DNA of 64,000 nt from Candidatus Micrarchaeota archaeon (GTDB taxonomy: Archaea > Micrarchaeota > Micrarchaeia > Norongarragalinales > SBBD01): positions 256,001 to 320,000 of the forward strand of contig JAHJQN010000004.1 of the NCBI GenBank assembly GCA_018819225.1, read 5' to 3'. Shown here in pieces: positions 38,717-47,565 of this stretch. Within the stretch, counting starts at the first letter, position 1. Each line of letters starts with the position of its first letter. A model generated the notes under the pieces. It had not been told where the DNA came from and ran no database searches. It worked only from the letters and a program-made list of their open reading frames with translations. The position numbers and the translations under genes are program-made.

Positions 38717-40288
38717 TTAAGGAGTTCCGCGGAATTGCGAAGGACGGAAGGGACGGTCGGAGGAATCCGTCGGTTCCGAAGGTCCCATGGTCTTAGGAGC
38801 CGACGAGGGCGGTTTCTTGGCCGGATGCGCATCCGTGGCCTTTTGGATAAGCTTCGGCATCAGGATCTCGGAATAGAATTTCTGCATAAACAAGTTGACG
38901 TCTTCAATGCGATGAATATTCTTCTCCACCAAATAACCGAGCAGTTGAGAGCGCTGTTTCATCTCGTTATTGATTTCAGGAATGGACAGGCCCACCATCT
39001 TCGACAATTTTTCTTTGGCTTGCGAAGGCAGCGACGTCTCCTGCACGCGGAACGTATCCAAATTGAAATCAAAAATCTCGTTCACCGTGACATTGCCTTC
39101 CAAGCGCGACAATTCCGCCACCTGCGTAATTCGGCGAATGAGTCCTTCCTTCTTGCTATTAATGCGGTGCTGCACCACCACGATATCGACCAACGGAATC
39201 AAGTCCGGAGACACTTCCATGGGATAGCCTTTCAAGCGCTTCACGGAATCCTTCGCGTCCTCGGCATGCAACGTAGTGAGCATGCCGCGATGACCCACAT
39301 TCATGGCCGTAAACAACGGCAACGCCTCTTTTCCGCGCACTTCCCCGACAATGATGCGGTCCGGACGCATGCGAAGCGAGTTTCGAACCAATGATTCCAA
39401 ATCCATTTCCTCCGTCGTCCGCGTCGGAATCCAGTTCTGCATTCCATATAAATTCAATTCCCGCGTATCTTCCATGCTGACGATTCGCTCGGAAGGCGGA
39501 ATGAAACTGCTTAATGCATTCAACGTCGTTGTTTTCCCGCTCGCCGTCGCCCCGACAATCATGATGTTCAACGGATGCAAGCGTAATCCATCAATGCATA
39601 CCCAAAGAAACGAGGCCAAATCAACGGAAAACGTGTGGTTCTTGATTAAGTCCACAATACTGAAAGGCTGCACGCGAAACTTTCGAATGGTTACGGAAAC
39701 GTGTTTCGTGGCCGGCGGATGCAGAATATTGGCCCGGCTGCCGTCCGGCAACCGCAAATCCTCATACACTCGCCCGCCTTGCGACGTCATTTGTTGCAAG
39801 AAAAACTCGAATTGACGTTCACTCGAAAACTCCAAGTTCGTTTTGCAAATGCCCAGCGTTCGATGAAAAACGTAAATTTCAATCGCGTTATTGATCATGA
39901 TTTCTTCGAGATCCCCGTCTTCGAATAACGGTTGAACCACCAGGAAACCGAACAACCGATCCATGATCTGATACGCCAAGACTTTTTGCTGCAAGGGATC
40001 TGACACCAGTTTGGAGACCAAGAGCTCCAGGCTTTCGAGCACGTGCCGACGCTCCTCCACTTCCAAGGGCTTTCCAATCTTCGTTTCATCGATCGTCGCC
40101 AGAAATTCTCGGAAAAACGATTCCTCCGATTCGGCGCGGTATTGCTGCAAAAAAGCCTCGAGGGCCGTTTTACGCCCGACCATGGAAGCAAATGACATGA
40201 TCAACTGCTCTTGCTCCGCATTCAGGTCCGGCTGTTTCACGATATATTTAGAAAACGGATAATCCACTTCCACAGTCGCATTGAACAT
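38717..40288 (-). CDS. Type II/IV secretion ATPase (CpaF/VirB11/FlaI family)
   Basis: LEEIMIN, TIRKF, GATASGKTT, EDTREL, LRMRPDRIIVGEVRG, TTLHA. Confidence 0.93.
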   Translation of the reverse strand: MFNATVEVDYPFSKYIVKQPDLNAEQEQLIMSFASMVGRKTALEAFLQQYRAESEESFFREFLATIDETKIGKPLEVEERRHVLESLELLVSKLVSDPLQQKVLAYQIMDRLFGFLVVQPLFEDGDLEEIMINNAIEIYVFHRTLGICKTNLEFSSERQFEFFLQQMTSQGGRVYEDLRLPDGSRANILHPPATKHVSVTIRKFRVQPFSIVDLIKNHTFSVDLASFLWVCIDGLRLHPLNIMIVGATASGKTTTLNALSSFIPPSERIVSMEDTRELNLYGMQNWIPTRTTEEMDLESLVRNSLRMRPDRIIVGEVRGKEALPLFTAMNVGHRGMLTTLHAEDAKDSVKRLKGYPMEVSPDLIPLVDIVVVQHRINSKKEGLIRRITQVAELSRLEGNVTVNEIFDFNLDTFRVQETSLPSQAKEKLSKMVGLSIPEINNEMKQRSQLLGYLVEKNIHRIEDVNLFMQKFYSEILMPKLIQKATDAHPAKKPPSSAPKTMGPSEPTDSSDRPFRPSQFRGTP

Positions 40289-40348
40289 GTGTAACTCATT
40301 CCGGCAGTCTATAAAAAGCTTACCTGCTTTAAACGATCGGTGGTTCGC

Positions 40349-40732
40349 ATGCCCGGTATGACGGCAAAAGAAGCTTATCTGGAAGGACGCATTATTGGTT
40401 TGCATAACCTGATTAACGTGTTAAAAGAATCCGTGGATTCCGATGACAAAGTCGAAATGACGACCATCGTCAAATCCATGGTCAACCACATCGCGGACGA
40501 AATGGATGAAATCATCAAGGAAATGCATAACGTTCATTCGGAAGCCGGAACGGAAGTCCCTCCCATGCTCCAAGACGTTCAGAAGAAAGCAGCAGTCATT
40601 CGAAGGGAGGCACCCGAAATCGAAGAAAATCCAGAAGAGGCGCCCCAGCAAGTCAAGAAGCACGTCAACCAATCGGACGACTTGATGAACAGCCTCATGG
40701 AGCTCCGAAAGAAAACCGCGGGAAGAAGTTAA
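40349..40732 (+). CDS. Hypothetical acidic helical protein
   Basis: TTTAAA box upstream; helical composition; fills gap before SRP RNA. Confidence 0.65.
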   Translation: MPGMTAKEAYLEGRIIGLHNLINVLKESVDSDDKVEMTTIVKSMVNHIADEMDEIIKEMHNVHSEAGTEVPPMLQDVQKKAAVIRREAPEIEENPEEAPQQVKKHVNQSDDLMNSLMELRKKTAGRS

Positions 40733-40776
40733 GCCCATTCGAAGGCCTTAAAAACGTCCAACCCGCTAATTTTGAA

Positions 40777-41055
40777 TGCAGTCTCCAAGCTGGCCGGGGA
40801 GCTAGAGGTTCCCTATCATCGCCAATCCTCTTTACGGCGAGCGGTGGTTGGAGCGAGGAAAAGACGTCAACGTGCAGTCCGGTCAACGCCGTCGATGTCT
40901 CGCCTCATGTTATGTTTTTGAGTACGAATGGGCCAGGCCGGAAGGAGCAACCCTAAGCACTGAAGAGCATGCTCATGAGAACCGAGGCGGAGGCAATGAT
41001 TGGAGTCCCTGCATGCGGACGTTTTTTTCAAAGCCCAACGTGCTCGGAGGCTGCA
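40777..41055 (+). ncRNA. ffs: Archaeal SRP (7S) RNA
   Basis: Helix-8 motif GGCCAGGCC-GGAA-GGAGCAACC; terminal pairing TGCAGTCTCCAAGC with GCTCGGAGGCTGCA; ~280 nt; CTTAAAA box upstream. Confidence 0.9.
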
Positions 41056-41070
41056 CTCTTTACACTCGCG

Positions 41071-41859
41071 TCAACCGAACTCCACCGTTCCCGGCAGCAG
41101 ACGCGAAATCTCGTCCTGCACTCCCGGAATATGTTCCGCATCCAACTTTTTGGCAATCGTTAACGATGCGGAATGCTTGCTCCGTGAACCCGGCACCAAT
41201 AACACGTTTTTCGTCGAAGCGGGAACGGAATGCGATTCTGGAAACACTACAAAACGGCGGTCATCGCGAACGAGTCGTATCTTGAGCGGCACGTGCCGAT
41301 GAAAATTCTTTTTACCGTAAATCATGAATCCACCTTTCGCCACAAATTCACCGTGCGAATACTTGCTGACTTGCTGGGGATTCGCGGAAAAAACGTCTGC
41401 GATGGCGTGCTGGGCTTTCCATGCGCTCGAGAAACAAGCCGCAAACTGGGCCGCCTCATTTTTTTCTTCCTCGCTCGCGTGTTGGCCTTCTTTCAACACG
41501 ACGGCCGAAGCCCCGTGAACATCCGCGTGAAAGAACAGGTCTTGAGCATCCATGTGTTTGGCGACTAATAGCTCGTTTTGCTTCGCGTCACGACCGGCCA
41601 AACACCGTTTTCCCCCGCTCGTGATAAAATGATGGAATTTCTCGAACCACATGCGTTCCCGAGAAACTTTAATGGTTACCCTCTTCTCCGATTTCGCGTA
41701 TTTCAAACGGTTTTCTTGACTCCGGATTTTTTTCCGCGTGACCTCTAGAGCTTTCACCAATCCCTCGCGCTTTTTCTTCAGTTTTTTTGCCTGCTCGTAG
41801 TACTTCGCCGCGTTTTCTTCCAGCGACTTCGAGGCATCGAGAATGATTTCCAGAGACAT
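41071..41859 (-). CDS. NFACT-R (DUF814) protein, C-terminal half of Rqc2/NEMF
   Basis: NAAKYYEQAKKLKKK, WFEKFHHF, GRDAKQNE, FFHADVHGA, AACFSSAW, GGFMIYGKKN. Confidence 0.9.
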   Translation of the reverse strand: MSLEIILDASKSLEENAAKYYEQAKKLKKKREGLVKALEVTRKKIRSQENRLKYAKSEKRVTIKVSRERMWFEKFHHFITSGGKRCLAGRDAKQNELLVAKHMDAQDLFFHADVHGASAVVLKEGQHASEEEKNEAAQFAACFSSAWKAQHAIADVFSANPQQVSKYSHGEFVAKGGFMIYGKKNFHRHVPLKIRLVRDDRRFVVFPESHSVPASTKNVLLVPGSRSKHSASLTIAKKLDAEHIPGVQDEISRLLPGTVEFG

Positions 41860-41911
41860 GAAGTCATAACGTAAACAACGCTTTTAAAGCATGAAATCCT
41901 AGTCAGTGCTC

Positions 41912-42523
41912 ATGGACTTTGACCTCATGAAGGAACTGTTCCCGATCAAGAAGCCCGTGCACAAACTGAAGTGGGGGATTCCGGAAGCGCGGTTTACGGC
42001 TCCCATTGACGACGCTGAAAAAATCGTGTCCACGATTAGAAAACAAGCCATTTTCTCCGGCGGCGGGGAATTCCTGGAAGAAATCCATTTCAAGGATTAC
42101 GGGAACAACATTTACGCGTACTATATTCTGAGGACGGACAAGCGCTCGCAAGAGGAAACCGTGCATTTTGACGGCTATATGCTGCAGGAAAAAGATCGCA
42201 TTGGAGTCGATGTCACGGATGCCGGAAAAGTTTCGAGAGACCTCGACAATCTAGGATACGTATACGCCTTCAATCGGGAAATAGAAGTATGGAGCTTCCG
42301 AAGTCTGACGCGCGTCATCGCCGTGTTCAGCGTCACGGGACTCGGCGATTTTGTCGAAGTCGCTTTACCCGAAACCAAGATCGCGAAACAACGGGATAAA
42401 GACTCAACGTGGGGGGAAAAATTTTTTGCGCGCTTGAAAATCGATCCGAAAGACATTATTCCGACGGACTTGATTACGCTGCAGCTGGTTTCGATGCAAC
42501 AGCCGCAGGAACCGAAGGCTTAG
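41912..42523 (+). CDS. Divergent CYTH-like (class IV adenylate cyclase fold) protein
   Basis: LDNLGY...REIEVW...VTGLGDFVEV resembles the CyaB C-terminal motif; canonical ExExK not seen. Confidence 0.55.
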   Translation: MDFDLMKELFPIKKPVHKLKWGIPEARFTAPIDDAEKIVSTIRKQAIFSGGGEFLEEIHFKDYGNNIYAYYILRTDKRSQEETVHFDGYMLQEKDRIGVDVTDAGKVSRDLDNLGYVYAFNREIEVWSFRSLTRVIAVFSVTGLGDFVEVALPETKIAKQRDKDSTWGEKFFARLKIDPKDIIPTDLITLQLVSMQQPQEPKA

Positions 42524-42956
42524 AAGACACGGGAGCAATAGACGTTAATTCTTTAGCCGTCTTTTCAATGAACTTGCGGCCAGCCGGAGACAACACCCGG
42601 CCCGCTTTCTCTTTTTTGATGAGGCCCGCTTTCTCCAATTGTTGAAGCGCTAAACGGATGCCTTTACCACCGGCTTTCACGTGATGACTCTTAGAAACGA
42701 CGTGCACTTGTCTGCCACCGAACTTGTGGCGCAAACGTTGAACGCCCACCGCCTTCGAATTCAAGGAAATCGTTCTCAACAAAGCGGCGCAACGCATGAA
42801 CCAATAGTTTTCTTGTTGAGGAACGCGTTCGGTATGTGCACTGCTTTTGACGTTCAACACCCAAACCGGCGCCTGGATTTCGGGAACGCTTTTCAGCGCC
42901 TCCGCTAACTTGGCCACCAGTTCCGTGGGCGAAACCGCGAGTGCATTCATTACCAT
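42474..42956 (-). CDS. rps19e: 30S ribosomal protein S19e
   Basis: PVWVLNVKSSAHTERVP, WFMRCAALLR, VGVQRLRHKFGG, IRLALQQLEKAGLI, GRVLSPAG. Confidence 0.95.
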   Translation of the reverse strand: MVMNALAVSPTELVAKLAEALKSVPEIQAPVWVLNVKSSAHTERVPQQENYWFMRCAALLRTISLNSKAVGVQRLRHKFGGRQVHVVSKSHHVKAGGKGIRLALQQLEKAGLIKKEKAGRVLSPAGRKFIEKTAKELTSIAPVSSKPSVPAAVASKPAAA

Positions 42957-42963
42957 AGACGGA

Positions 42964-43290
42964 TCAACTCGATCGTTCTTTCCTGCGCAATAGGCGTTCA
43001 GCTTTCTCTCGCATGAACGGAAAAGAAGCGGGATGGTTACAGGAAAGACAAGTATATAAAACCCTTCGTTGGCTCGAAGAAACCCGCGTTTTATACGTGG
43101 TTCCGGACACCCAAACCACGCCGCATTTCTTGCAGAAATCCTTGCTGCCCAAAGAAAAACGGTGGCGCATGGCGATCTTGCGGGCAAGGGAAACGTAGCG
43201 CTTGGAAAGAACGGGATCCGGTTCCAACAGGTCTTTCGCTAGCGATAGCAGCTTACGACAGCGTTCTCTTGCAATGGCATTCAGATTCAT
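42964..43290 (-). CDS. rnp4: RNase P protein component Rpp21
   Basis: IARER...RYVSLARKIAMR...FCKKC...YTCLSC. Confidence 0.92.
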   Translation of the reverse strand: MNLNAIARERCRKLLSLAKDLLEPDPVLSKRYVSLARKIAMRHRFSLGSKDFCKKCGVVWVSGTTYKTRVSSSQRRVLYTCLSCNHPASFPFMREKAERLLRRKERSS

Positions 43291-43310
43291 TTTCTAAACC
43301 AGATTAAAGA

Positions 43311-43931
43311 TCATATGGATACGGAACGCAACAATCCGTTTCTTCCGAATAATGTGCGTAAGCGAGATAGATCCGCTCGATTCGTTTTGACCAAACGCAA
43401 CAGATTTCGATTGCGGATATTCCGAGAGGATTCCAGAGAAACAGAGATACCGGCTCGTTCGAATAAGGGGGTAGCCTTCTTCAAAATCCGTTCAATTTCG
43501 GGATCGCCTTTTCGCACCAATAATCGAACATCGCCCTCGCGTGCAACGACTCGCAACATCTCCAACGTTGACTGGCCAAAAGGGATAAATCGATTGTAAT
43601 AACCCACGGAATTCGTCGAATATACGTGGTGAAATTGTTGATCTCTAAATGGGAGGGACTCTGCTTTCGCGCGAACACTTCGTTTACGGGCCATGGGCGT
43701 CGGATGAGGGGAATACGCTCGTTTACCCAGAATCGGATCCGCTCCATAAACGCGAGGTCCCCAGTTTAACGTGGTTCCCGCATGTCCGGCGCCCACATCC
43801 AAAAAACGCTTTTCAGAAGAGAAATCATGTTTTCGAAAACCCAGCGCCCGGAAACCCATATTCCATCCAGAAGTTAACAATACCGTTCGTTCAATGACAC
43901 CGCGTTCATGATTCGGCCGAATTTTTGGCAT
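43311..43931 (-). CDS. Class I SAM-dependent methyltransferase
   Basis: FLDVGAG, AESLPFRDQQF, EMLRV. Confidence 0.8.
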   Translation of the reverse strand: MPKIRPNHERGVIERTVLLTSGWNMGFRALGFRKHDFSSEKRFLDVGAGHAGTTLNWGPRVYGADPILGKRAYSPHPTPMARKRSVRAKAESLPFRDQQFHHVYSTNSVGYYNRFIPFGQSTLEMLRVVAREGDVRLLVRKGDPEIERILKKATPLFERAGISVSLESSRNIRNRNLLRLVKTNRADLSRLRTLFGRNGLLRSVSI

Positions 43932-43969
43932 AGCGCAGCATATGATTGCACTAAATTTAAAGAGGTGCG

Positions 43970-45517
43970 CTAATGACGGAAATGCCGTTCTCCCGTAAAA
44001 ACCATGGCCATGCCGTGCTCGTCGGCAGCGGCGATCACTTCCGGATCTCGCTTGCTGCCGCCCGGTTGAACGATCGCGGTAATGCCGACTTGAGCGGCAA
44101 AATCAACGGTGTCTCGGAACGGGAAAAACGCTTCCGAAGCCATGACCGAGCCCTTGACGCTCAAGTTCGCGCGTTTCGATTTCTCGATCGCTATCTGGCA
44201 CGCATCCACACGTGATTGTTGACCCGTACCACACGCGATCAAACGGTCACCCGTTGCAAAAATCACGCAATTGCTTTTAGGCACTTTCACCAGACGCCAC
44301 GCAAACTCTAACGCCTCCCATTCTCCACCCGTAGGCTGGCGTTTCGTCGGGATCATTAAATGGTCTCGTTTGAATGATTGGCCGGAATCCGGAGACTGTA
44401 CTAAAACGCCGCCCACCACGTCGCGAATACCGTCCTTCTCATACAAGTTCTCGTTCAGCAGGCGAGGGACCTCCAACACGCGAAGATTCCTTTTCTGTTT
44501 CAGGACTTGAAGCGCATCGGTCTCAAACCCGGGAGCCAGAACGATTTCCATGAACGTTTTAATGAGCTCTTCCGCGCACGGCTTGTCCAACTTTTGATTA
44601 AAGATGGCAATGCCGCCGTAAGACGATAAGGTATCGGCTTCGTGCGCTTTCCGGTACGCATCAAGCAACGTCGCGCCCTTTGCAGCGCCCGTCGGACTCG
44701 CGTGCTTGAAAACCGCTGCGAACGCCTTGGATTCGTCACGGAAGTCATGGGCCAGTTCAAGAGCCGCCTGGGCATCCAGCACATTGTTGTACGAAAGCTG
44801 TTTTCCGTGCAGCTGGTTCATGTCCTTGAAGCTCAGCACGGAATCCGTATAACGGTACAACGCCGCTTTCTGGTGCGGATTCTCGCCATAACGCAAATCC
44901 TGAATTTTCTTTAAGGAAAGGAATAGGCGCTCGGGATAACCTTCTGCTGAATCCAATTCAGAGAAATAATTCTGAATAGCCGCATCGTATTCGGTCATAA
45001 GTGAAAAAGCGTCGGCCGCCAGTTGTCTTCGAAACGCCTCATCATCCTGACCTTGTTCCAATGCGTCCAATACGGAAACGTATTGATCGGGCGAGGTAAC
45101 GACCAGAACGTCCTTGAAGTTTTTAGCTGCCGAACGAACGAGTGTCGGACCCCCAATATCGATGAGCTCCAGCGCTTCATCCAGCGACTTCTTTTTTTCC
45201 ATGGCCTCAAAAAACGGGTAAAAGTTGACGCAAATCAAATCAATCGCGCTCTTGCCTGCTTGCTTGACGTGATCGGGATCCGAACGCTTGAAAAGAATTC
45301 CTGAAAGGACAGCGGGATGCATGGACTTGACACGTCCGTTCAGCATTTCCGGAGATCCCGTAAAGTCGCTGACCTCCCGAACGGGAATACGGTTATCCCG
45401 AAGTAAGCGAGCCGTTTGTCCGGTGGAAAGCAATTCGTAGCCCAGTTTATGAAGACCGGTAGCGAAATCCGCGATTCCCCGCTTGTCAAAAACGCTTACC
45501 AGCGCTCTAGGAGCCAT
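43970..45517 (-). CDS. purH: Bifunctional AICAR transformylase/IMP cyclohydrolase
   Basis: [56 protein letters not shown]; alternative GTG start at 45535. Confidence 0.97.
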   Translation of the reverse strand: MAPRALVSVFDKRGIADFATGLHKLGYELLSTGQTARLLRDNRIPVREVSDFTGSPEMLNGRVKSMHPAVLSGILFKRSDPDHVKQAGKSAIDLICVNFYPFFEAMEKKKSLDEALELIDIGGPTLVRSAAKNFKDVLVVTSPDQYVSVLDALEQGQDDEAFRRQLAADAFSLMTEYDAAIQNYFSELDSAEGYPERLFLSLKKIQDLRYGENPHQKAALYRYTDSVLSFKDMNQLHGKQLSYNNVLDAQAALELAHDFRDESKAFAAVFKHASPTGAAKGATLLDAYRKAHEADTLSSYGGIAIFNQKLDKPCAEELIKTFMEIVLAPGFETDALQVLKQKRNLRVLEVPRLLNENLYEKDGIRDVVGGVLVQSPDSGQSFKRDHLMIPTKRQPTGGEWEALEFAWRLVKVPKSNCVIFATGDRLIACGTGQQSRVDACQIAIEKSKRANLSVKGSVMASEAFFPFRDTVDFAAQVGITAIVQPGGSKRDPEVIAAADEHGMAMVFTGERHFRH

Positions 45518-45577
45518 GTTTTTTGGAAAACCCACAGCGAATGCAATAGAAACATTTATATATTACTAATGCGAATG

Positions 45578-45652
45578 TGTCATGACAGTGTCGTGACAAT
45601 AACATGATGCTTTCGCGACAATCTCGCGAGACCATCGGTTTGCGTCATGACA
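45578..45652. repeat. Array of 10-bp palindromes (consensus TGTCRYGACA) at 11-bp period
   Basis: TGTCATGACA 45578, TGTCGTGACA 45589, TAACATGATG 45600, TTTCGCGACA 45611, TCTCGCGAGA 45622, CGTCATGACA 45643. Confidence 0.8.
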
Positions 45653-45689
45653 AAAGGGTTGAGCGAATCAAAGTATTTAAACGTGATGT

Positions 45690-46118
45690 TTGGTGGACGA
45701 AAAAAGCGAATTCGAGGTCACGCAGGAAGAATTCCGGCGCTTCCGGGAACACATGAGGGACCCGCTAGTGCTCGGAGCCTTGATGCACAAGCTCTCGGAA
45801 GAACGCGCGTCATCAAATCTCGTACTCAAAGAAATTAACGCTAAACTCGACCGACTTCTTTCGCTTGAGGAGCGTCTTATCCAAATGGAGACGCGCATGA
45901 GTCGTGCGCCGACGGAAGAGGCGCCGTTGGCGGAAATCGATGAAGACATCGTGAAATTCGTTGCGAGAAAGAAGCGCGTGTGCGCCGATCAAGTGCAGAA
46001 ACAGTTTGGCTACCGGGGATCGAATGCGGCGTCCAGTCGATTGAATCGCATGGTCCGCGAAGGCCGTTTAAAAAAAATGCAGGTGGGACGAAAAGTCTTC
46101 TTCATGACCTTACACTAA
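45690..46118 (+). CDS. Coiled-coil plus C-terminal winged-helix DNA-binding protein
   Basis: Heptad INAKLDRLLSLEERLIQME; wHTH pattern IDEDIVKFV...CADQVQKQF...AASSRLNRMVREGRLKKMQVGRKVFF. Confidence 0.8.
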   Translation: MVDEKSEFEVTQEEFRRFREHMRDPLVLGALMHKLSEERASSNLVLKEINAKLDRLLSLEERLIQMETRMSRAPTEEAPLAEIDEDIVKFVARKKRVCADQVQKQFGYRGSNAASSRLNRMVREGRLKKMQVGRKVFFMTLH

Positions 46119-46175
46119 TAGATAGCCATTGGCTTTGATCTTCTTGATGTGATAAGCCGACGGTTCAACCCACAC

Positions 46176-46197
46176 GTGGGGGGCTTCGGCCCCCCAC
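46176..46197. other. Very stable GC hairpin with cUUCGg loop between convergent genes
   Basis: GTGGGGGGC-TTCG-GCCCCCCAC. Confidence 0.7.
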
Positions 46198-46205
46198 ACC
46201 CCTCT

Positions 46206-46970
46206 TTACGATCGCTTTCTATGTTTTTTCAACTCCGCTTTTTCTGCCGTCATCATCAAGCGATACGGGCCGTGCGTCCACTCGGCGGTTTCGAGCACCC
46301 GAAACCCTTTTTCCTTTGCGACCGAACGAAAAACGCGTTGCTGCTCTTGAACGTTTCGGGCTTTCTGGTGGATGCTGAACACGACGCGGTTCACGTTCCG
46401 ATCCAGCGCGTCCTGAAAAACATGACTCAGTAAATGCTCCCGCCACTGCCAGTACTTGGATGCCGTGCCCCGGGTCAGCGCGCTGGCATGCTTCTTGATG
46501 AAGCTGCCCTCCAGGTCATGAACCCAAAGGTAGTCAGGGCTTCGTTCGTTTTTCCAAAAGGGTTTCAATAAACGCTTCAGCCAATCCGACGCACGCATCA
46601 TGCGCATGTCCCGCACTTGCACCGTGCCCACCGAGCCGCGCAAGAATCCTCCCGGGGCGCTCGTACGAATCTCCAAAGCACTTGAGGCGAAGGGATACGC
46701 GTGTTCGAGCTGGGGGTAAAATGCAAGCACGCGATTACGGAAGCTGTGTTCTTTCCGACGATTCGTGTCCGTCGGATTCGCGTGTAAATCGAAGTAGAAA
46801 AGAGGGAAGGTTCCGGCTGCTTCTGCAATCAACCCGCGGCCGACTTGTTTCAGTGGCTGAACGGACCAACCACCCGGGGTGATTACCGTTCCTTTCTTCC
46901 AGAGATCCTTCACAAAATGAGTGACGGAGGCGCGAATCCATTCCTCGTTATTGAGCATGTCTTCAAGCAT
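46206..46970 (-). CDS. Hypothetical protein
   Basis: 254-aa ORF with a TATA-like box upstream; no family recognised. Confidence 0.6.
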   Translation of the reverse strand: MLEDMLNNEEWIRASVTHFVKDLWKKGTVITPGGWSVQPLKQVGRGLIAEAAGTFPLFYFDLHANPTDTNRRKEHSFRNRVLAFYPQLEHAYPFASSALEIRTSAPGGFLRGSVGTVQVRDMRMMRASDWLKRLLKPFWKNERSPDYLWVHDLEGSFIKKHASALTRGTASKYWQWREHLLSHVFQDALDRNVNRVVFSIHQKARNVQEQQRVFRSVAKEKGFRVLETAEWTHGPYRLMMTAEKAELKKHRKRS

Positions 46971-47032
46971 GGATTTGCGCGATTATTAAGCCGCGTGGGT
47001 GCAGGATAAGCAGGCCACCCCAAACCTTTTTA

Positions 47033-47080
47033 TTGCCACTAATAGTGTATGATTGGCTTCCTAGACCCCAGATATTGTGG
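47033..47080 (+). promoter_or_regulatory. Tandem NrdR boxes downstream of a TATA box
   Basis: ACCCCAGATATTGTGG (47065-80) fits acaCwAtATaTwGtgt; weaker TTGCCACTAATAGTGT (47033-48) lies 32 bp upstream; CTTTTTA at 47026-32. Confidence 0.65.
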
Positions 47081-47105
47081 GTTCGGGAATGGAGGATGGC
47101 AACGC

Positions 47106-47561
47106 ATGAAATGCCCGTATTGCGGACACGCGGACAGCAGCGTACTGGATTCCCGGGACGCCGAAGATTTCGAGATCACGCGTCGGAGAAGAGAATGCAG
47201 CAAGTGCGGCAAGCGGTTTACGACTTACGAGCGCGTCGAAATGGTGAACTTGCTCGTGCACAAGAAGGATGGGAAAAGCCAGCAATTTGAGCGAAATAAA
47301 CTGGAAGGGGGTATTGTGCGGGCGTGCGAAAAACGGCCCGTCACCCGAGAACGCATCGGGCAATTGGTGGACGAAATCGAACGCGAGCTACGGCGCAAGA
47401 AAAGCACGGAAATCGCGAGCAAGGAAATCGGGGAAATCGTGATGCGCAAGCTCAAAACAATCGACAAGGTCGCGTATATTCGATTTGCCTCCGTCTACCG
47501 GGAATTTGCGGACGTCGAGGACTTTGAAGACGAATTGCATAAACTCTTGAAGAGGAAATGA
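47106..47561 (+). CDS. nrdR: Transcriptional repressor NrdR
   Basis: MKCPYC...VLDSR...RRRREC...RFTTYER, ATP cone, VAYIRFASVYREF. Confidence 0.97.
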   Translation: MKCPYCGHADSSVLDSRDAEDFEITRRRRECSKCGKRFTTYERVEMVNLLVHKKDGKSQQFERNKLEGGIVRACEKRPVTRERIGQLVDEIERELRRKKSTEIASKEIGEIVMRKLKTIDKVAYIRFASVYREFADVEDFEDELHKLLKRK

Positions 47562-47565
47562 ACGC

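Noticed and set aside
40848-41302. ORFs 40848..41285, 40969..41163 and 41000..41302
   Set aside because: They overlap the SRP RNA and are antisense to the NFACT gene; no protein-like motifs
42957-43187. Long N-terminal extension of S19e in the ORF track
   Set aside because: Overlaps rpp21 in another frame; S19e similarity starts near ATG 42956
45578-45652. CRISPR array
   Set aside because: Units are 10-bp palindromes with 1-bp gaps; there are no spacers and no cas genes
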